Below are positions 58,507-64,000 of a DNA stretch of 64,000 nucleotides, in pieces. Numbering within the stretch: position 1 is the stretch's first letter; each line of letters opens with the position of its first letter. Made by a program: the position numbers and the translations under genes. Below the pieces are notes generated by a model that saw nothing but the letters and a program-made list of their open reading frames with translations, was not told where the DNA came from and did not search any database. Source of the stretch: Bdellovibrionales bacterium (GTDB lineage: Bacteria; Bdellovibrionota; Bdellovibrionia; Bdellovibrionales; Bdellovibrionaceae); contig JANMPT010000021.1 in NCBI GenBank assembly GCA_031370005.1, positions 101,043 through 165,042 on the forward strand, in the 5' to 3' direction.

Positions 58507-60798
58507 ATGTTTCAATATCTAAAAAAAAATGCCACTATTACTACTCCCTTTGCCCTAAAGCTTCCCTATATCTTTTTGATGGCCTTCGTTGTTATATTCA
58601 TTGGGGGAAGCGCTCTTCTTTACTTTAAAACACGTCCAGATAGCCGCATGGTGGGAATCGGGACTAGCGATAATCTTAGCGATCCCTACTATGTTGTTTC
58701 TCAGCATCTCAATGAATTTCATCGATTTATGGCAGGAATTGGTCTGTACAACCGTCAACGGATTGACAAAAATGAGTTTCTTCGCCGTTTCAAAGTGCTT
58801 CAAGAGGACAGCCTGAAATATGAAAATGATGCCGCTCTCTATCAAGAAGTAAATACCATACCAGGCGCCGCTAAGAACTTCAGGGATCTCAATGCCACGT
58901 TAAAGGAGTTTACCCCTATAATTGGAAAAATTTACCCAAAAGATCAGCAAAATCTAGATCTTATCTATGATTCTCTATCGCCTTTTGAAAGTCGTCTTCA
59001 GAAAACAGCGGTCTCAATCAACGAAAATAATATTCACTTCCATACAGCTCTTTTTCAAAAACAGGTTCAATCCCATCAACTCTTGGGTTGGACTTTATTT
59101 GCAATTGCAATATGTAGCATTCTCTTGTCTTTGCTTGCACATGGAAATATCAAAAACGTCGTTCTTCTCTTAGAAACTTCCAAGCACAAGAGCACTCGTC
59201 TGAAAGAGGCCATCAATCAAACTCAGCGAGCCAATCGAGCAAAGTCCGAGTTCCTCGCAACGATGAGCCACGAAATCCGTACACCGCTGAATGCCATTGT
59301 GGGTTTTACCTCTTTGCTGTTAGATACAAAGTTATCCTATGATCAAAAGGACTACATTCAATCCATACGAACTTCGAGTAGTACGCTGCTTTCTCTTATT
59401 AATGACATCCTGGACGTTTCAAAGATTGAGGCAGGTAAGCTCGTTTTAGAATCCATCGAGTTTGATCTGCGCTCAGTCTATACTGATATTGCCAACATCG
59501 TGGGCGACACTGTGGCGCAAAAAAAACTCGAACTTGTTAGTTTTATTGATCCAAAGATACCAAGGCTGATAAAGGGAGACCCTGGCCGTTTAAAACAAAT
59601 CATTTTGAACCTTCTTAATAATGCTATAAAGTTTACCCCCAGCGGAAGCATCGCCCTGAAGGTCTCCCTCCTAAATCTTACTGAAAAACATCTTTCATTG
59701 AAATTTGAAGTAAAAGACACCGGAATTGGGATTGAGCCCCGCCTAATGAATCATCTCTTTAATCCCTTCGCGCAAGCGGACTCCTCAACAACTCGACGTT
59801 ATGGTGGGTCAGGACTTGGTCTTTCAATTTGCAAACAACTAGCTGAATCCATGGGCGGAGAGGTGGGCGTCAGTAGCACTCCTGGCAAGGGCTCCACTTT
59901 TTGGTTCCGTGTGGAACTGGAGGCTGTGCATACTCAGCCCATAGAAAATCCACTCCCTGAATCCTTCTTTAAGAAAGACATCTTAATCCTTACTAAAAAT
60001 TCTATTTTGCAAGAATATCTTGAGTTGCAACTTAGAGAAATTGAGCTCAATCCGCATACTCCGCCCTTAAGTCGCGACATGAGTAACGTAACCGCCACTG
60101 CAAACACTATTGCAATTATCCTAGATCAAGGAAACCTGCCGTTTGAAATAGAGGAGCAAACTAAAGTTCTCAATAATATTTCTAGAAATTTTGAAATCCC
60201 GATTATATACCTTGTTGAGCGAACGCATAACCTAGCACATCTCTCTCCAATTCAAAGAATCAACTATATGAAAAAACCAATATCCCAACAAAATCTTTAC
60301 AAATGTCTCTTAGAGGTTTTGCATATTACGAACGTTCGCTGGGATGAGCCAGAAAAAAACCCGATAACAGAAAAGCCGACATTTGCTGTCTTAAATCCAA
60401 AAGTTCTTCTTGTTGAAGACAATCCTATTAATCAAAAAATTGCTTTTTTGATGTTGGAAAAAGTTGGTTGTAGCGTGGACGTGGCCGCTAATGGAATTGA
60501 AGCCCTAAAAGCACTCCAGCAGTTCACCTATGATTTAATCTTTATGGATTGCCAGATGCCAGAAATGGATGGCTACGAAGCCACCCGGCGCATTCGTAAG
60601 TTGCCAAAACCAATTTCAGATATTCCAATCATTGCACTGACCGCAAATGCTTTTAAGGAAGACCAGGTCAAGTGTTTGGAGTCTGGCATGAATGACTTTG
60701 TGACAAAACCAGTGGATTCCAGCACCTTGGAATTAAAGCTTAGTCGACACATCAAAGCCCCTTTGGCTCCAGGAGCATCAAAACAAGCTTCTGGATAA
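58507..60798 (+). CDS. Membrane hybrid sensor histidine kinase
   Basis: Two TMs; MSHEIRTPLN H-box; NNAIKFT, DTGIGI and GGSGLGL; degenerate receiver followed by an intact receiver (VEDN..MDCQMP). Confidence 0.96.
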   Translation: MFQYLKKNATITTPFALKLPYIFLMAFVVIFIGGSALLYFKTRPDSRMVGIGTSDNLSDPYYVVSQHLNEFHRFMAGIGLYNRQRIDKNEFLRRFKVLQEDSLKYENDAALYQEVNTIPGAAKNFRDLNATLKEFTPIIGKIYPKDQQNLDLIYDSLSPFESRLQKTAVSINENNIHFHTALFQKQVQSHQLLGWTLFAIAICSILLSLLAHGNIKNVVLLLETSKHKSTRLKEAINQTQRANRAKSEFLATMSHEIRTPLNAIVGFTSLLLDTKLSYDQKDYIQSIRTSSSTLLSLINDILDVSKIEAGKLVLESIEFDLRSVYTDIANIVGDTVAQKKLELVSFIDPKIPRLIKGDPGRLKQIILNLLNNAIKFTPSGSIALKVSLLNLTEKHLSLKFEVKDTGIGIEPRLMNHLFNPFAQADSSTTRRYGGSGLGLSICKQLAESMGGEVGVSSTPGKGSTFWFRVELEAVHTQPIENPLPESFFKKDILILTKNSILQEYLELQLREIELNPHTPPLSRDMSNVTATANTIAIILDQGNLPFEIEEQTKVLNNISRNFEIPIIYLVERTHNLAHLSPIQRINYMKKPISQQNLYKCLLEVLHITNVRWDEPEKNPITEKPTFAVLNPKVLLVEDNPINQKIAFLMLEKVGCSVDVAANGIEALKALQQFTYDLIFMDCQMPEMDGYEATRRIRKLPKPISDIPIIALTANAFKEDQVKCLESGMNDFVTKPVDSSTLELKLSRHIKAPLAPGASKQASG

Positions 60799-60826
60799 TC
60801 TGCCTGACTTTGGCCTTATCAAAATT

Positions 60827-61642
60827 TTAATTAATATCCACAACCCGAAACTCATGTGCTGGGATTGGCTCTAAGATCTTTCGTGCCAGAGTCGTGAAGT
60901 GATCTGAGGAGTCCGTAGTCAGGATCTGAATATTTTGAACCCCGTCACTGGGACCTGTCTGAAAGTGAGAGCGCTCTATATCTTGAGCAATTAAGTCCGC
61001 GATAGCTTCACCGGAATCAACAAGCTCAATGTCATTACCAGTGACCTTGCGAATGGCTTCTTTTAAAATTGGATAGTGTGTACAGCCAAGAATTAAAGTG
61101 TCGACTCCCGTCTTTACGATGGGATTTACGTAGCGATAGGCTACAAGATTGGTAATTGGATCATGATTCCAGCCCTCCTCAGCCAAAGGGACGAATAAGG
61201 GACAAAACTGACTGAAAACTTCTATTTTATCATCAAGACGAATGAGCTCCAGAGCATAGGCTGCGCTTTTAATAGTAGCGCGGGTTCCAAGAACTCCGAT
61301 TTTTTTATTTTTCGTTAAACTCAAAGCCTTGAAACTTCCTGGATGAATCACATTATAAACTGCGATGCCTTCAAACTCAGACTCAGAAAATTGCGAAGAG
61401 GCTGAGTTGCAGGCAATAACGACTGCCTTAACGCCTTGTTTTAAAAGATACTGTATATTTTGCTCAGAGTAGCGACGAATGGTCTGTGGGGATTTTGAGC
61501 CGTATGGCAAACGAGCCGTATCCCCCAGGTAAAGAAAACTCTCTTGGGGAAATCTCTCGGCAAGGACCTTTAAAACGGTCAGCCCTCCAATGCCAGAGTC
61601 GAAAACTCCTATGGGACGGGAGTCACTCTCTGAACCAATCAA
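60827..61642 (-). CDS. murI: Glutamate racemase
   Basis: IGVFDSGIGGLTV, PYGSK, IACNSAS and LGCTHYP motifs. Confidence 0.97.
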   Translation of the reverse strand: MIGSESDSRPIGVFDSGIGGLTVLKVLAERFPQESFLYLGDTARLPYGSKSPQTIRRYSEQNIQYLLKQGVKAVVIACNSASSQFSESEFEGIAVYNVIHPGSFKALSLTKNKKIGVLGTRATIKSAAYALELIRLDDKIEVFSQFCPLFVPLAEEGWNHDPITNLVAYRYVNPIVKTGVDTLILGCTHYPILKEAIRKVTGNDIELVDSGEAIADLIAQDIERSHFQTGPSDGVQNIQILTTDSSDHFTTLARKILEPIPAHEFRVVDIN

Positions 61643-62691
61643 GATATCACTCCATGAGCTCGGCTCTCTGCTCTGCCGTTGCTTGACATTTCCATGAAAA
61701 AAGCTTTCTCATGAATTTCAGCCACACTTGTAGCATTAATATAACTCATCCCGCTTCGAATGCCGCCGGTAATTTCCAAGATCACGTCCTTGGCTCGTCC
61801 CTTGATATTTACCATAGTGGATTCTCCTTCTGGAGCCATGCCCTCTGGCACGCCTCCGCGCCATGAAACCTGTGCCGATTTTGAAGCCATTCCTCGGTAT
61901 TGCTTCCTTCCGTGTTTCATTTCTCCTGGAGTTTCAAAAGTGCCAGCGAGCATGCTACCAAGCATCACAGTGCTTGCTCCTGCTGCGAATGCCTTGACTA
62001 CATCACCAGAGGTTTTAATGCCACCATCTGCGATGATAGGCACACCATAGCTATTTGCCACCTCAGCACATAGAGCAATAGCAGTTAACTGAGGCACCCC
62101 AGCCCCTGTAATGATTCTTGTCGTACACATAGAACCCGGCCCAATGCCAACTTTAATTGCGTCCGCCCCCGCCTCAATTAGATCTTTCACAGCATCCGGC
62201 ATCGCCACATTCCCAGCGATGATTTCAATTTGCGGATAAGCATCTTTGAGCCACTTCATGGTCTCCATCATTTGGATCGAATGTCCATGGGCAATATCGA
62301 TGGTGATGACATTCACTCCGGCCTCTACTAATGCTTTTGCCCGAGATTTTGCTTCATCCCCCACGCCGATAGACGCAGAAATAATTTTTGCCCCGGCATC
62401 TTTCACTTTAAAAACCATCTCAACATGCTCTTCAATACTCGCAAAACGGTGAAGAATTCCGAGACCACCAAGATTGTTCATGGCAATAGCCATCTCGTAT
62501 CCTGTAACTGTATCCATATTGGCACTCAAAATCGGGGTCTCAATGCTGAGATTTCTTGTTAACTTTGAAGTTAAAGATGGATCGCGGCGAGAGCGCACAT
62601 CTGAGCGTTTTGGCATAATCAGGACGTCGTCAAAGGTCAAACCACGGCCTCGGTTTTTAATATCCAACCAATTAAATATGAGCTGATGCAT
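61639..62691 (-). CDS. IMP dehydrogenase/GMP reductase family protein without CBS domains (possibly GMP reductase)
   Basis: [33 protein letters not shown] and ADGGI motifs; GGAGG RBS before ATG at 62691. Confidence 0.9.
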   Translation of the reverse strand: MHQLIFNWLDIKNRGRGLTFDDVLIMPKRSDVRSRRDPSLTSKLTRNLSIETPILSANMDTVTGYEMAIAMNNLGGLGILHRFASIEEHVEMVFKVKDAGAKIISASIGVGDEAKSRAKALVEAGVNVITIDIAHGHSIQMMETMKWLKDAYPQIEIIAGNVAMPDAVKDLIEAGADAIKVGIGPGSMCTTRIITGAGVPQLTAIALCAEVANSYGVPIIADGGIKTSGDVVKAFAAGASTVMLGSMLAGTFETPGEMKHGRKQYRGMASKSAQVSWRGGVPEGMAPEGESTMVNIKGRAKDVILEITGGIRSGMSYINATSVAEIHEKAFFMEMSSNGRAESRAHGVIS

Positions 62692-63364
62692 TAGATACCT
62701 CCCGTTGATTTTGATTTTCAAAAATCTCCATTAACAACTGGGTCGAAAAAATAAATAGATAAACATCTAACAAAGTCAAACCCAATGCTGCTATGGGTGT
62801 GCGCCATACCAAGCGATACTCGTCGAAAAAAACTGTCAGTATAGATGGGAAAATAAAATGAAAAATTAAAAGAATTATAACAATTTTAAATAATTTTATA
62901 CGCACCAGATGGGTAGAGGCAACCAAAGCGTCCTCATCTCCGCGCTCATAGGCCTTCGACATTGTTACTACGAAAGGTATCATCGTGTACTCGAGGTACT
63001 TCCAAAGCCCTGGTAAAATAAATAACAAGGACCACATTAAGGTTTTTCCCCAGGAGCGAAGGATCTCAATGCTCATTTGGTTTACATGCTGCAGAATATA
63101 TTGCAAAAGACCGCTTTCGCTGGTTTCGGCATTTTGCCCACCATAAATCACTACAAGAACGCCCAGAATTGGAAAGCTAATACCAATTACAAGTGAGACA
63201 AATCCATAAAGCCAAATCAAAGAATTTGCCCCATTCGGACTCTGCATAGCAGCTTCAGTATTGATAGTAAGAACCTGATCCAGACTAGTATAGATCAGAG
63301 TCAGGACAAAGAGCGGAAGTCCAATGCGTTTTAAGATTAGGAAGTTACGAATAAAGAAATTCAC
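62672..63364 (-). CDS. Hypothetical multi-TM membrane protein
   Basis: Several TMs; SLLFILPG motif typical of DUF975-like proteins. Confidence 0.75.
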   Translation of the reverse strand: MNFFIRNFLILKRIGLPLFVLTLIYTSLDQVLTINTEAAMQSPNGANSLIWLYGFVSLVIGISFPILGVLVVIYGGQNAETSESGLLQYILQHVNQMSIEILRSWGKTLMWSLLFILPGLWKYLEYTMIPFVVTMSKAYERGDEDALVASTHLVRIKLFKIVIILLIFHFIFPSILTVFFDEYRLVWRTPIAALGLTLLDVYLFIFSTQLLMEIFENQNQREVSNASAHI

Positions 63365-63498
63365 GACGTAACATAGAATCGCGACGGACCGTCAGAGTCA
63401 AAAGGATTTCTCAGAGTGTCATGATTGTGACGCAAAAAAAAAGCAAATGGATGACAGGTGATCTAAAAAATGATTTTCTTTGCTTTCACTTCAAAAAT

Positions 63499-63537
63499 GC
63501 CTCGGTGGCGAAACTGGTAGACGCACAGGACTTAAAA
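63499..63537 (+). pseudogene. Isolated 5' half of tRNA-Leu(UAA), duplicate of the downstream 5' exon
   Basis: GCCTCGGTGGCGAAACTGGTAGACGCACAGGACTT matches 63645-63679 at 34 of 35 nt. It is followed by AAAA, then no 3' anticodon stem or T arm. Confidence 0.85.
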
Positions 63538-63644
63538 GGGGATGTGAGTTTTGAAGGTTAATGATTTTAGGAGGTTGAGAGGAAATTGATAGACGGACCC
63601 GAATTTCGGTAGATCTGTCGCTCAGTATCCGCAAAGAAGAATAT

Positions 63645-63999
63645 GCCTCGGTGGCGAAATTGGTAGACGCACAGGACTTGCGAATGGACATGAAAATGTC
63701 TTTGCTGTGAGTGCCCCGCTGGAAATGGCGGGAGTAGAACCCTTCAAAGTCGGTGAACCCTCTCTGTCGTAAAGACAGGTGGCAACGCCGAGCCAAGCTC
63801 AAGGTGAAAATCTTGAGAAGGTGTAGAGACTGGATGGAGGGCATCTAAAGTTGATCGAAACGATCAACCATGATGAAGGCACAGTCCAGACCACAAACCA
63901 GATCGGTCAAACGATCAGGGCGGCGAAAGTCGAAGTGGTAAGAAAATCCTGGGATTCGGTTAAACGGTCGTGCCAGTTCGATTCTGGCCCGAGGCACCA
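63645..63999 (+). tRNA. tRNA-Leu(UAA) interrupted by a group I intron; exons 63645-63679 and 63943-63999
   Basis: Joined exons give acceptor GCCTCGG/CCGAGGC-A-CCA, anticodon arm CAGGA-CTTAAAA-TCCTG, a long variable arm and T arm GCCAG-TTCGATT-CTGGC. Confidence 0.95.
63680..63942 (+). ncRNA. Self-splicing group I intron (IC3, Azoarcus-like), 263 nt, no homing endonuclease ORF
   Basis: P1 ACUU/GAGU with a U.G pair at the 5' splice site; P3 CCCTTC/GGAGGG; GGCAACGCCGAGCCAAG; GAAGGTGTAGAGACTG; P7 GACTG (63828-63832)/CAGTC (63882-63886); GGC-GAAA-GTC P9; terminal G at 63942. Confidence 0.93.
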
Positions 64000-64000
64000 T

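Noticed and set aside
457..62686. Numerous 60-150 aa ORFs nested in or antisense to long genes (e.g. 7308-7709, 47419-47871, 61760-62050)
   Set aside because: Shadow frames of well-supported genes, with no motifs or RBS support.
63538..63644. Known riboswitch (SAM-I, lysine, glycine, c-di-GMP) in the spacer
   Set aside because: Only scattered short resemblances; I could not place the conserved core of any family.
63499..63679. Two 35-nt direct repeats as a CRISPR array
   Set aside because: Only two copies, they are tRNA sequence, the gap is 111 nt, and there are no cas genes.
63645..63720. Reading the unspliced gene as a tRNA with anticodon TGC
   Set aside because: No 3' anticodon stem follows CTTGCGA; the cloverleaf closes only after removing 63680-63942.
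63491..63844. 117-aa minus-strand ORF in the track
   Set aside because: It is antisense to the tRNA fragment, exon and intron, has no protein motifs, and does not resemble a homing endonuclease.

Overview
This is a gene-dense bacterial chromosomal window. Gene content (Glt-type gliding-motility genes, FabMG-type enoyl reductase, orphan lipoproteins, many response regulators) suggests a Bdellovibrio-like predator; this is inference. In order: the end of a glt gliding operon (1-5839); LPS core genes; an outer-membrane barrel paired with a 1083-aa lipoprotein; fabMG, an RNase Z-like gene and a cardiolipin synthase; a signalling locus (receiver-TPR, STAS, PP2C, FecR-FN3, CheA-like); a small XRE/ImmA and HTH island with perfect palindromes; argS and HU; VKOR-DsbA, HiPIP and MerC-like genes; TolC-RND; an ~8 kb phosphorelay island holding three HPF/RaiA-like proteins, one fused to a receiver; murI and a short IMPDH/GMP-reductase. 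The window ends in a tRNA-Leu(UAA) gene split by a 263-nt Azoarcus-like group I intron. It is preceded by a near-identical duplicate of its 5' exon that has its own P1-like pairing and a structured spacer. The two best candidates for undescribed biology are this duplicated-exon/intron arrangement and the HPF-phosphorelay island. All protein calls are by-eye motif recognition; no searches were run.
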